Source: Histomonas meleagridis 2922-C6/04-290x (Eukaryota; Protista; Parabasalia). From it: DNA of 64,000 nucleotides. The stretch is from assembly GCA_020184695.1 (NCBI GenBank), contig JAANOX010000032.1, positions 282,450 through 346,449 of the forward strand, in the 5' to 3' direction. The translations under genes and the position numbers were made by a program. The notes below the pieces were generated by a model. It saw only the letters and a list, made by a program, of their open reading frames with translations, searched no databases and was not told the DNA's origin. Of this stretch, positions 1 through 10,459 are shown in pieces (positions within the stretch are counted from its first letter, which is position 1; every line of letters starts with the position of its first letter).

Positions 1-629
1 TTGATGAACAAAATTTTGACGAAGAAGTGATTCGATTGTATTATCTTCGATATTAAATTGAACTGTCGCCACTTCTTCATCATTTTCTTGTGTAATCTGT
101 ATTCGAAGTGGACGAATTTTATTTGAAATTGATGCAGGTAATTGAATTTTTAAATAACTTCCAACACAAGAAGTATCAATAATTTCCCATTTTATTTTAT
201 ATGCAATAGTTATTACTTGTGCACCGAGTGATTTTGATCTCCCACGCACCAAGTGCGGGTGGTTCATTCGAAGCGATGTTTTTCCTTTGCTGTAATTTAA
301 ACGGCCGATTACGATAACTTCGTACTCACCTAGTCAAATTATTTACAGGTTCAAAATAAGTTTTCTCGAAGATAAATGTCTTATCGAAGTATGTCTTTTC
401 CATGTGCTTCTGTATGCAAAGAAAAATGTCTTTATAGTCCCTGAATAGACAAAATGTCTCACCAAAAATGCCGATGATAACGGTTAACTGTTTTTTTAAC
501 CCACCCGATCTTGTTGACTTTTCTTCGCGATTTATTATTCACTTTTTGAGAGCATGAGGTGGCAAATGACGATGAACTCCTCAAAGAGTCATCGGCATTT
601 GACAGTAGAGTTTTGTCATTTGCCAGCAT
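1..629 (-). pseudogene. Disrupted hypothetical gene (two apparent +1 frameshifts), runs off the window start
   Basis: ATG at 629 (MLANDKTLL...). Successive open segments ...QLTVIIGIFGETFCLF...YFEP and GEYEVIVIGR...LRQNFVHQ need shifts near an A7 run (~500) and near 330. No family recognised. Confidence 0.35.
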
Positions 630-742
630 ATCGTACTCAAATATTCTGTGAGATGATAATTGAATAACACTGCGGTGCAACCTCACGAAAACGAAAATAA
701 GGTACAAAAAAATCTTTATGAACCTATAAAAATCATACGATC

Positions 743-1030
743 TTATACCAACAACACATGCCCATTCTGGAACCGGATTGATGGGATGTTTCCTCTCCTA
801 ATAATATCGAAAAATGTAGGGATGTCATCTTCTTCTGAGGCCTGTGGCTTCTCTTGTTCACCTTGTTGTCCTTTTTTTTGGTAAAATTCTGGTAATACTA
901 CAACTTTACGATTTGCCTTTTTTTTATGTCGCATTATTTTATTTAAGTTTGTTGCAACAACAACATAATTCCTCCCTTCGCTTTGATGTTCTTCTGTCGA
1001 ATTCTGTATTCGGTTCTGCTGTGCACTCAT
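743..1030 (-). CDS. Small hypothetical protein with C-terminal PxFFxIIxRGxxPSIxF motif
   Basis: 95-aa ORF with Inr-like TCAC upstream of the ATG. C-terminus resembles that of 55143..55682. Confidence 0.7.
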   Translation of the reverse strand: MSAQQNRIQNSTEEHQSEGRNYVVVATNLNKIMRHKKKANRKVVVLPEFYQKKGQQGEQEKPQASEEDDIPTFFDIIRRGNIPSIRFQNGHVLLV

Positions 1031-1088
1031 TTATTTTGTGAGAAAAAAAATATACACAAACCTATCTCTCTCTCAAAATTGAATTCAG

Positions 1089-1107
1089 AACTGTCAATTT
1101 GACAGTT
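1089..1107. promoter_or_regulatory. Perfect 19-bp dyad AACTGTCAA-T-TTGACAGTT upstream of the 743..1030 gene
   Basis: Exact inverted repeat about 60 bp upstream of the ATG at 1030. Function is inferred only. Confidence 0.35.
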
Positions 1108-1429
1108 TCCACCCAGTTTAAAGCCGATGATTTGCTATCGCAGACTATCGTAAACAAAAAATGGGGCGCCTCGTTATCATAAAAAAAGAAACCTGAAATT
1201 ATTGGTTAATTTCTTGTGTCCTTAGCATTGTCGATTTTGTCGGTAAATATGAGCATAAAATCATATAAAAAAATTTCATATGATACATACTAATTTCATA
1301 ATTAATTCAATTTTGATCAATAGCTTTATTGTATACCTTGATTTAACTCAAAAAATTTGGTTGATGGAAATTTTTGTTGGGATAGTAATTATGATGATAT
1401 TTTTTTATATGTTAAAAACATAGAAGAAA

Positions 1430-4400
1430 TTAATCAATAACATGTTTATTTTCAAGTGTTGAGTTAGCTTTCACTGATCTCATAATATTATAAGTAAAAA
1501 GCAAATCATCATGAGATTCAAAAATTATTTCCATTGGTTTCTTCGAATGATTGGCTTCTTTCAGAAAATTAACAATGACACTTGCTTGTGTAAGTGAAAT
1601 TTCCTTAATTTTTGAAAGTTCGAATGAATCAATCAATTCTAACTTTTCTTCATTTACAAAGTAGCACCAAGATTCCGTCATCAGCATATAAGACATTGGC
1701 TCCTTTAATTTTTGGATTAATTTTATAGACTTAATTATATTAATTTTCAAGCATTCGAAAATCTTGCTCGTCACTTTTTGATTAAACCATTCAATTCTGT
1801 TAGCAAAAATTGGTCGTTTGAATCTTTTTGCTTTTTTGTTTTTCCATAAATCCGACATTATTTCAAATTCATTTTCTGATAATATAAACGTAGGCTTCCA
1901 TTCAGTCTTCATTACTATTCTAGTTTTAATGTTTTGATTTTCTTGTGATGAATCAAATACTTTTAGCGATTTATTTTCGATTTCGATTTGATGAAATTCT
2001 TCAATTAATTCAAGTGGTTCAATATTCTTTAGTATAAAAGAAGGAATGAATGATGCCAAGAATGAAACATTTTGACTTTTATCTTCTTGATTATTTATTT
2101 CAGATAAAAGTGTTGAAGTTGTTTTCTTAAACAAATCTTCAAAAATAATTAACAGTTCCAAAATTGGACCTGAAACATTTTCAGTAATTAACATTGGTGT
2201 TTTAACTTGCAAAAATGTTTGTTGCTGAGGAATTTTCTTAAATATTTTCTTATCATCTTTATTAGCTGAAATAGAAACGATTAAAGGTGAAACATCAATT
2301 CTTTGTGAATGAATATTTCCGAATTTATTAATAATTTGATGAAATCGATATTGATTTAAACCAGAATACTTTAAAAATCTGGAAATTTCATTTAAAACAT
2401 TTGATTTTAATTGTAATTCGATTCGTTGAATTAAAGTTCGTAATGATACAATGTGATTAATTGATAAATTCGTAAGTTCGGCAGAAACTTTTAACCAATT
2501 TATCGAAGGGTTCTCATGACAACCGATCATAAAAACATTATCATTTGTTGCATCTAAAGGATATTCATCGATTTGAATTCGAGAGATGGAAAATTCCAAA
2601 TCAATTAATTTATTTGTTTTCATTGATAAAATACTTTTTTCTAAATAAACATTTAGAAACTGATGAAATGAATTCGATATTAATGATAATGTAATAAAAG
2701 GGAAATTAATATTTATGTTATATTTAGATATTTCTTCTTTATCATCAATTATAATTACGCGTTGACCAGTGGAAAGTGTTTTTGTAGAAATATAATGTAA
2801 TTTATTTGAGATTCGATACGGAAATTGAGAATTTATTAACTTATCCGAAAAATTGGTTACAATTGATTTACCTTCAATTGTTAAAATAATTTTTTCATCT
2901 GAAAATGGTTCATCAAACCCAAATATATGTGTTGATCGAGGCCGAATTAATATTGGTATTAACGAATATTTTTGTTGTGCACAAACTTTTAGATTAGAAC
3001 AATTTGTTATTAAATAAGGAGAATTATTTAAATTTGCGTTTTCAAATGTAACTAACATTTGTCCTATTTCATTTTCTATTATATTTAAATGTAAATAAAT
3101 TTCTTTATTATTAATTTTGTTGACAAATCTTAAAACAGTATTTGTTACGTATTTAAAATAAATATATTCTATTGTATTATAACCATTGATAGATATCGAA
3201 TAACAATTATTAATGTTTGAGACTGGAAGTGGTGTTATATTATTCTTTAATATTGTAAATGTTATATCAGTGCTAAGCATAGCATTAATTATATAATTAC
3301 TTTTATTATGAACGATTACTGAATCATATAAATTTATAATGGAAGTTGACGTAAAATATTTTTGTTCTGTGAATTTCATCGAATAAAATAATGAATGATT
3401 TTGAATAAACAATAATAATATATCATTTGTTTCATTAATATTTGGTATATTATCACGAATTGTTAATTCATTGACTGATATTTTTGGTAATGATTTATTT
3501 CCGATTAAAAAAGCTGCTTTATTTTCGAAATTAAAAAATGGTAATTCATTATTACTATTCAATTCATTCGAAAATAAATATTGTTCTGCATGATATGAAG
3601 CAGATATTTGTAATGTTGATGATGTATTATTAATAAAAATATATGGTACATAAATATGTATTTGGAATTCAACATTTTTTATATTGTCTATCATTAAAAT
3701 GAAATGCGTTGTCTTAAATATAATCGGAATTTCTTTTTGTTTTGTCGTTGTATCTAAATAAAAACAAATTAATTCCGAAAATTTATTTTTAATAAACATT
3801 TGGAATTCGAATTTCTCATTTCGATTAAAAGGCAATAAAGGATTAATTTTCTCTCCCGATTTAAGTACTTGTGAAAACACTGATTTAGAATGAGAAAAGA
3901 AAATTTTTATAGAAAATGGTAATTCATTAATTATTGAATAACGTGATTTTAATTGAAAGGTTTTATTTTTTAGATTTGTGTTTTTTATACATTTAATTAA
4001 ACAACTATAATCATTAATTAAATATTCGAATGAAGAATTTATTATTTCATTAAAATCAAATAAAATCATATTTTTATTGTTAGTAATTTTCTTTATTGTC
4101 ATAAAATATTTTTGATTTAAATTTAAATCAGATGAAAATGAAATCTTTTCATTAGGTTTTATTGTCATTAAATTATTAATATTATCATTTTCATATAAGA
4201 AAACATCAACATTTAATAAGTTTTCAAAAACATAATAAGAAACAAAACTTATAAATTTAGAATTATCTTTAATGGAAAAAACTGCTAAAATATCTTTATT
4301 AATAAACAAAGAAGAAGAAATTTGTGAAGTATCAATAATAAAAGGTTCTTTATTCATTGTATTAATTACTAAAAAAGAAGAATCAAAAGAAGTTATTTCT

Positions 4401-6163
4401 TGATTATTTAATGTAAATGTATTTGTAGAAGTCGTTATATTCATTGGGTATTGAAGTTCATTTTTGATATATACTTTTGAATTGTTATTATTATTTAATC
4501 CATTTAAAAGTCGATTTATAAATGTTGGTGTTATATTAACTTGAATATTTTCATTAAAGTTAATTGTAATTTCTCTTTTTTCATTAGAAAAATTAAAAAT
4601 CACATTAATGTTATTCGGCTCAATTATATAATCCCAAAATGATGTTATGAATCGATACATCCGAAGAGAAAATGTTGAAAATATCGAAACTAATACTTCG
4701 TTATTTCGTATATTTCCTTTAATTGGCTGTAAATTAATTTCAAAATGAAGAAAATCATTTCGTTTCTTCTTATCATTAGTTTCTTGATTAAAATAAACAT
4801 GAAAGTTTTGAATAATAATTTCAATGTTTGCATCTTTTGTTGGTGGAAATATAAAATATAATTCTTTAATTAGAGAAATGAAATCAATAAAATTCGAAAT
4901 CTCATTTATACTTAATGTTATAATTTGATTTGGAATTGTAATGGCTATAATTCGATCTGATTTTTTCATATAAGAAATATATTGAAAAACGTAATTTTTT
5001 ATTATATAAAATTCTTTTTGATAATACACGTTTGTGTTACTAATATTTAATTGCATATAATTAAGATTAGAGACATAACTAATCGTTGTCTCAATATTTA
5101 ATATTTTCCCATCCGGATATACAAATTTTATTGTTGTGGATGGGATATCAATCGAAAATGTGTTTCTTTCACTTAATATTTTAACAAAATTATTATATCG
5201 AAAAATATTAACAATTTCAATAAAATGATTTATTGGGAGTGAAATGATGAAATTACAAAAATGTAACGTATGTGAATGCTTTTTTAAGTTTAAGGTCGCA
5301 TTTAAAAAAGTGGTTTCTTCATTTTTCTTAATTTGAACGTTGAAATTGTTTTGCATTAATAAAATGTCATCAATTGTTATTTGTTTGTTATTTATTTGAA
5401 CATTTTCTAGAATAAACTTAAAGGATGATAATGTGAAAAGAGCTTGAGTGCATAGAACAGAAATATTTGGGATTTTTCCGTTGAGAGAAAAATCCGAAAA
5501 TTCAACAACAAAACCGCTGCTAAATTCAATGGTTAATTTTTTGATTTGAATGTGATAAAAGAATTTGTTGAACAGGTTGGAATCAAAAAGGCAGAAATTA
5601 TCAAATGGGAGTTTGATGAAAAGTACTTCTTTTTTAAACGTAAGTTCATAAGCGGATTGATCATTGGATTTTTTTAATTCAAATTGAATATCAAAATTAT
5701 TTAATAACTCGTAATTAAGTAATTTCATAAGACAGTTGGGGAAATTAAACTTAAATTCGTTGTTTTTTCTTTTTTCAATGGTGGAGTTAATTGCTTCTAA
5801 GAAAAAAATTGATTTATTTCTTTTCGATATATTAAAAGTAATTTTTTTAATATTTAACTTGATCTGTGTACTGTCATCATATTGTTTAATTTCTTTTGCT
5901 GGTTCATCTTCAATATTTGCAGATATTGATAATTCATCGATATTGATTTCTATTTCATTTTTCATTGTTATTTCGACTCCACGAGCAAAGCTAATTTTTT
6001 CTATAGAAATTGGAAATCCAAGAATAGATAATATATTGTTTGTAAAAAAGAATTGATCAATAAATCCATTGTTTCCCTTTTCTTGAAAATTAATGTTTTC
6101 TAACCTAACGCATGGGAAATTCTTGCAGAAAAAATTTTTTATCTTAGAAACAGCTCTGTTCAT
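1430..6163 (-). CDS. VPS13-family (bridge-like lipid transfer) protein
   Basis: 1577 aa, beta-rich, with repeated VAB/SHR-BD-like segments (PYIFINNT; PYLITNCS...IFGFDEPF) and a PH-like C-terminus. Confidence 0.65.
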   Translation of the reverse strand: MNRAVSKIKNFFCKNFPCVRLENINFQEKGNNGFIDQFFFTNNILSILGFPISIEKISFARGVEITMKNEIEINIDELSISANIEDEPAKEIKQYDDSTQIKLNIKKITFNISKRNKSIFFLEAINSTIEKRKNNEFKFNFPNCLMKLLNYELLNNFDIQFELKKSNDQSAYELTFKKEVLFIKLPFDNFCLFDSNLFNKFFYHIQIKKLTIEFSSGFVVEFSDFSLNGKIPNISVLCTQALFTLSSFKFILENVQINNKQITIDDILLMQNNFNVQIKKNEETTFLNATLNLKKHSHTLHFCNFIISLPINHFIEIVNIFRYNNFVKILSERNTFSIDIPSTTIKFVYPDGKILNIETTISYVSNLNYMQLNISNTNVYYQKEFYIIKNYVFQYISYMKKSDRIIAITIPNQIITLSINEISNFIDFISLIKELYFIFPPTKDANIEIIIQNFHVYFNQETNDKKKRNDFLHFEINLQPIKGNIRNNEVLVSIFSTFSLRMYRFITSFWDYIIEPNNINVIFNFSNEKREITINFNENIQVNITPTFINRLLNGLNNNNNSKVYIKNELQYPMNITTSTNTFTLNNQEITSFDSSFLVINTMNKEPFIIDTSQISSSLFINKDILAVFSIKDNSKFISFVSYYVFENLLNVDVFLYENDNINNLMTIKPNEKISFSSDLNLNQKYFMTIKKITNNKNMILFDFNEIINSSFEYLINDYSCLIKCIKNTNLKNKTFQLKSRYSIINELPFSIKIFFSHSKSVFSQVLKSGEKINPLLPFNRNEKFEFQMFIKNKFSELICFYLDTTTKQKEIPIIFKTTHFILMIDNIKNVEFQIHIYVPYIFINNTSSTLQISASYHAEQYLFSNELNSNNELPFFNFENKAAFLIGNKSLPKISVNELTIRDNIPNINETNDILLLFIQNHSLFYSMKFTEQKYFTSTSIINLYDSVIVHNKSNYIINAMLSTDITFTILKNNITPLPVSNINNCYSISINGYNTIEYIYFKYVTNTVLRFVNKINNKEIYLHLNIIENEIGQMLVTFENANLNNSPYLITNCSNLKVCAQQKYSLIPILIRPRSTHIFGFDEPFSDEKIILTIEGKSIVTNFSDKLINSQFPYRISNKLHYISTKTLSTGQRVIIIDDKEEISKYNININFPFITLSLISNSFHQFLNVYLEKSILSMKTNKLIDLEFSISRIQIDEYPLDATNDNVFMIGCHENPSINWLKVSAELTNLSINHIVSLRTLIQRIELQLKSNVLNEISRFLKYSGLNQYRFHQIINKFGNIHSQRIDVSPLIVSISANKDDKKIFKKIPQQQTFLQVKTPMLITENVSGPILELLIIFEDLFKKTTSTLLSEINNQEDKSQNVSFLASFIPSFILKNIEPLELIEEFHQIEIENKSLKVFDSSQENQNIKTRIVMKTEWKPTFILSENEFEIMSDLWKNKKAKRFKRPIFANRIEWFNQKVTSKIFECLKINIIKSIKLIQKLKEPMSYMLMTESWCYFVNEEKLELIDSFELSKIKEISLTQASVIVNFLKEANHSKKPMEIIFESHDDLLFTYNIMRSVKANSTLENKHVID

Positions 6164-6387
6164 TATTTCTAACTTACAGACCTGTTATAAGGATTTTTTA
6201 TAATTCTAAACTTTACTTAGATATTGAAGCTGAAACACCTTAGAAAAAAATTCCTCTTGAAAGATTATGTTTTTTCACCATTCTATGAATTCGAAATTTT
6301 ATCAAAAAGGCGAAAATTGTTTCTAGATTAAGATATTTTTTTGATTTTTCATCTTTTAACCACATTATTCAGAAAATAATAAAAAAA

Positions 6388-6467
6388 TGTTCACCGTGGG
6401 GTTCGAACCCACGCCCTCTCGGACTAGTGCCTTAAACTAGCGCCTTGGACCACTCGGCCAGATGAAC
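6388..6467 (-). tRNA. tRNA-Leu(AAG)
   Basis: Reverse complement GTTCATCTGGCCGAGTGGTCCAAGGCGCTAGTTTAAGGCACTAGTCCGAGAGGGCGTGGGTTCGAACCCCACGGTGAACA folds as a cloverleaf with a long variable arm and AAG anticodon. A T7 Pol III terminator follows. Confidence 0.96.
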
Positions 6468-6844
6468 TTTCAGTTTTCATTATAATATATATAATTTAAA
6501 TAATAACTTTTCTTTGGTTTTAATTTGATTTTGATTATTATAATATTAAAATTCTATATATCTTATATGAAAATAAGTGGGATTTTTATCTTCTAAGCAG
6601 TAATTTATCATAAAGGATTTTTCGAAATTAAATACAAAACGAAAGGAAACAAAAACAAAATCTTGAATATATTTTGCCAATTGCCGGTCAAACAATAAAA
6701 TTTTGAACTCATTTTGAAAAAGTTCATCAAATTTTGATGATAAAACCGATTTGCAAATCTTTTATTTAAAAAGTTGATTTGACCAACGAATTGAAGGAAT
6801 GTTAGTTGAATTTGTCAAAATAATTATCCACTTCATTTTTCTAG

Positions 6845-7078
6845 ATGCAAATCTTCGTTAAGACCCTTACAGGAAAGCACATCACACTTGAAGTCGAACC
6901 AACTGATCGTATTGAAGATGTCAAGTCCAAGATCCAAGACAAGGAAGGTATTCCACCAGACCAGCAACGTTTAATTTTTGCTGGTAAGCAACTTGAAGAT
7001 GGTAACACGCTTCAAGACTATTCCATCCAAAAGGATTCCACACTCCACTTAGTTCTTCGTCTTCGTGGTGGCTTTTAA
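6845..7078 (+). CDS. Monoubiquitin with one-residue C-terminal extension (LRLRGG-F)
   Basis: [27 protein letters not shown]...LRLRGGF, trichomonad-type ubiquitin. Inr TCATTTT upstream. Confidence 0.98.
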   Translation: MQIFVKTLTGKHITLEVEPTDRIEDVKSKIQDKEGIPPDQQRLIFAGKQLEDGNTLQDYSIQKDSTLHLVLRLRGGF

Positions 7079-7160
7079 ACCAAAGTAATAACTAAACAAC
7101 CAATTTAAAACTTTTTGTTATTTTTCTTTTCCAAAAAGCAGCAAAAAGTGCTCACATTAA

Positions 7161-7168
7161 AAAGTGAC
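7161..7168 (+). promoter_or_regulatory. M2-type element AAAGTGAC
   Basis: Exact AAAGTGAC 5 nt before the Rae1 ATG. This is a known trichomonad promoter-proximal motif. Confidence 0.65.
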
Positions 7169-7173
7169 ACCAT

Positions 7174-8301
7174 ATGAGTTCGAGATACGCCCACACAGCA
7201 GCAAAAAGCACACAGCAACGATATTATACTGTTGAAAACGCATTCAATGTAAAAGATGATATATCTGACCTTAGCTTCAGTTATAACAATCGTTATTTAG
7301 CAATCTCTTCATGGGATGGAAGCATAAATGTTATTGAATTTAGTGAAGATTATGGCCAAGCAAAATCCAAGTTTTCAAGGTATATGTCAACCACCACTAG
7401 CAGTACTTATACCATGGGAACAGGAACAAAAATTGCGTGTATTAGGTGTCTCTTTCGTCCAATAGATGATGTTTTATACTTTACTACCTCTATGGGTGAA
7501 ATCTATAGCTTAGATCTTGCCCCAGCCACACCTAATCCGACAAAAGTTTATGGCGAACCCGCCAACGAGCCACGTCGTGGACCATTTGTAGGGTTAAAAT
7601 GGAATGAATCTGCCCAAGTTTTTGTCGCCCTTGAAATAACCACAGCTGGCACCAATGCACAAAATCTTGGCGGCTCATTATTTACATTAGCTCAAGAAAG
7701 CTCCCACCGAATTGACCTTGACTACAAGCCCATTGCGTTAGATGTTTCTGATAAATATGTCATTGTTGTTGGAACCAAATATGGCGAAAACTGCATCTGG
7801 TGCTACACTCTCGACGGGCATATAAAGAACGAGACCGTCAAAGTTGAAATCAAGTCTCAGCTCAAACATCAATTTACATCGATCGCATGCGGGCCTATTC
7901 TCGCTAATACAACTCGACCATCCTATATAGCGTCAACAGTCTTTGGGCAAGCAGACTACAACGAAGGAACAGAAAATCACGATATTATAAATTTGCATAT
8001 AAACGCAACTTCGAAAGCTTCATTCGGATCGAATAGTATTGCATTTGTTCCAGGACATAAATGCGCCGTCTCTGCTTCAAGTGATGGAACTATAACATTT
8101 GTGAATTTGGAAACAAAAAGAACAAAAGCATTCCAAATCTCGCAACAAATACCTTTGACAAAACTCGCAGTACACCCGAATGGTAATGTGATCGCAATCG
8201 CATCTGGTTATGATTGGTCTTTGGGCTATGAAATGGCAGGAAGAGAGAAGCCGCCAATAAATTTGTACATAAGACAATTTAATCCTTCTGATTATAGATA
8301 A
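7174..8301 (+). CDS. RAE1: Rae1/Gle2 (Bub3-family) WD40 protein
   Basis: DDISDLSFS, LAISSWDGSI, SASSDGT and IAIASGYDWSLG motifs typical of Rae1/Bub3. Confidence 0.75.
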   Translation: MSSRYAHTAAKSTQQRYYTVENAFNVKDDISDLSFSYNNRYLAISSWDGSINVIEFSEDYGQAKSKFSRYMSTTTSSTYTMGTGTKIACIRCLFRPIDDVLYFTTSMGEIYSLDLAPATPNPTKVYGEPANEPRRGPFVGLKWNESAQVFVALEITTAGTNAQNLGGSLFTLAQESSHRIDLDYKPIALDVSDKYVIVVGTKYGENCIWCYTLDGHIKNETVKVEIKSQLKHQFTSIACGPILANTTRPSYIASTVFGQADYNEGTENHDIINLHINATSKASFGSNSIAFVPGHKCAVSASSDGTITFVNLETKRTKAFQISQQIPLTKLAVHPNGNVIAIASGYDWSLGYEMAGREKPPINLYIRQFNPSDYR

Positions 8302-8604
8302 GAATTATATAATAACTTTATCTTATTTTTGGAAATAAAAATCCACATTTCTAATAACAAATTTATTCTAACATTTTTATATTTTTAAAGATGAAAAAAC
8401 CCAAAAAATCAATAGAAAATATTTCGAATAATAATGAAAATAATATAAGATTTACAATTAGGTATTTGCATAGGCGTATATTAAGAAAAAGAAGATTCAA
8501 TATAATGATTTTAAAGAAAAATGAATTTTTACTAGTAAAACAATTTGATTCTTCATATGAAGAAAATGTCAAATTAATTGAATGGAAAAAAAATTGTCAA
8601 TTAA

Positions 8605-9522
8605 ATGGAGCAAAGAAATCAAGTTATTGTGAGAGGAATGCGACTAAGAACAAAAGTAAATGATGTATACGAAGTATTTAAAGACTTTGGTGAAATTATT
8701 GCATGCAAATTAATTGTGAATGAGAGAAATGAATCAAAAGGATATTGTTTCATCGTATACAAGGATTGGCAAGATGCACAAAAAGCAATAAATGTTATGA
8801 GTGGACGTCGCTTTGATGGCGCGCAAATTGAAGTCACATTCTCCAATAATCCTAAATTAGGTGAAGAAATGATAGAACGATCCTTTGAAACGAACAGACG
8901 CTTTGTTAATCTTAGTGAAAGTCATTGGCAGAATCAGAATCAATATGAGTATCATCCAAATACTTTCCAGAAAGGTCCAAATAATTATTTTCAAGATGAC
9001 AATTCTTTTATACCACCACCCATGTCACGCCAACAACCTCCAGGTGGAGTTCCAATTTTTGAAGATGACGAGGATGATGAAATCAAAATTCCAATGCAAA
9101 ACCAAAATCTACAACGCGGTTACATACCAAACTATCCTTATCAAAACCAACAGTTACAAGGACCACCAGTACAGCCTGCTCAGTGGGAAAGAAATCAACC
9201 TCAATCAGCGTATCGAAAAGACAATTACAATTATGGGTATTCTTCACAACAAAATAGCTATAGTTATCAATATCAGTACAACAGAGGATACCAAAGTGAG
9301 CATGGAGGATATGGAAATCAATCTCAAGGAAATGGTTATGTAAATAAGAATCAAATTAGCAATGAATTCAATAATGAGCCTTCTATGTATCAAAGACAGA
9401 ACTACCAAAGGCCTCCTTACATAGGTGGACAACAGCAAAATACTTATCAACAGATGCAAGGATATGGAAATTCACAGAATCAATTCCAAAAAACGCCGCA
9501 TTACCCATCAATGCCATTTTAA
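8605..9522 (+). CDS. RRM protein with Q/N/Y/G-rich low-complexity C-terminus
   Basis: N-terminal RRM (SKGYCFIVY RNP1) followed by about 200 aa of prion-like composition. Confidence 0.88.
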   Translation: MEQRNQVIVRGMRLRTKVNDVYEVFKDFGEIIACKLIVNERNESKGYCFIVYKDWQDAQKAINVMSGRRFDGAQIEVTFSNNPKLGEEMIERSFETNRRFVNLSESHWQNQNQYEYHPNTFQKGPNNYFQDDNSFIPPPMSRQQPPGGVPIFEDDEDDEIKIPMQNQNLQRGYIPNYPYQNQQLQGPPVQPAQWERNQPQSAYRKDNYNYGYSSQQNSYSYQYQYNRGYQSEHGGYGNQSQGNGYVNKNQISNEFNNEPSMYQRQNYQRPPYIGGQQQNTYQQMQGYGNSQNQFQKTPHYPSMPF

Positions 9523-9679
9523 AAAATTGTTTTTCAATAATTTTTTTGTTTTCGCAGCTGTCACTTTGTCCGCAAAATAACGGATTTGGAACCGAAACAA
9601 GAATAAACTGACTGTAAAAACCGTTTTATTCAAAATATCCTCTGGCGAGGAAATAAAGAATTTCATTTGATTATAGAGA

Positions 9680-10445
9680 AAATGGAAATGAAAAAAGGCA
9701 TTCTCAAAAACCTGTGAATAACCTAAAATATTATTGTTGCTAATGATGATAAAAAATCAAACTGGAAAAGTTAAATTTATAGTTCTTTCTGAAAGGTGAT
9801 AAAGTAATTTACTTCATTCAATTGAATGTGCACATAAATTGAATGGATTATTTATGGATTTGAATGAATAACTGTAATACAAAACTAAACTTTTTGTTGC
9901 ACTCCCATTAAAACAAGTAAATGAAATTATGTTTCATGCTGATTTTGATGCACTACATGAAGGACGTTCCATGTAAGGTATTGATACCAAAATTTGGAAT
10001 TCACCAAAAATCGATATTTAGACGAATTTTTTTTTCAGATATTAAAATTAATAGGTTTTATTTTCAGCGCTCACACTTCACCAATAGTTATTGTGTTTGT
10101 CATTCAAAAAAAAATTTATGGATTTCAATGGATTTTCTTCACAACTATTTAACATTAATGGACTCTATTTCATATACATCTGGTGATGAGTATAATTTGT
10201 TTTACTTTGATTCAAGAAAATTTTCATATAAAACTTTACAAAAATATTATGCATATTCACAATTCTATTCTATTGTTACTGATGCAAAACATTCGCCAAA
10301 TTGGTATTCACATTTTCCTGATTTTTATTCAAATTTCACGCAAAGATCCCGAAAGTTTTTACACTTTCCAATAAAGCAAAATTTGTTTTGTTATCTATTT
10401 TTGTTACCGTTTTGCTTTTCATTAAAGCACCAAATTATCCAATAA
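9680..10445 (+). pseudogene. Degenerate coding remnant of unknown family
   Basis: Protein-like segments (PLKQVNEIMFHADFDALHEG; FYFQRSHFTNSYCVC...) broken by in-frame TAA/TAG and frameshifts. Confidence 0.3.
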
Positions 10446-10459
10446 AGTTACTGCAAAAA

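Noticed and set aside
330-346. 17-nt GTAAATAATTTGACTAG as a micro-intron (minus strand)
   Set aside because: Removing it leads to a stop within six codons and does not restore the downstream frame.
5736-6056. Short track ORFs overlapping larger genes (e.g. 5736..6056, 8885..9343, 11627..12040, 46317..46712, 52657..53073)
   Set aside because: Antisense or alternate-frame shadows of well-supported CDSs, with no recognisable motifs or Inr context.
6158-6179. TTCTAACTTACAG 3' splice-like motif at the VPS13 start
   Set aside because: It is on the opposite strand to VPS13, with no plus-strand gene or canonical donor.
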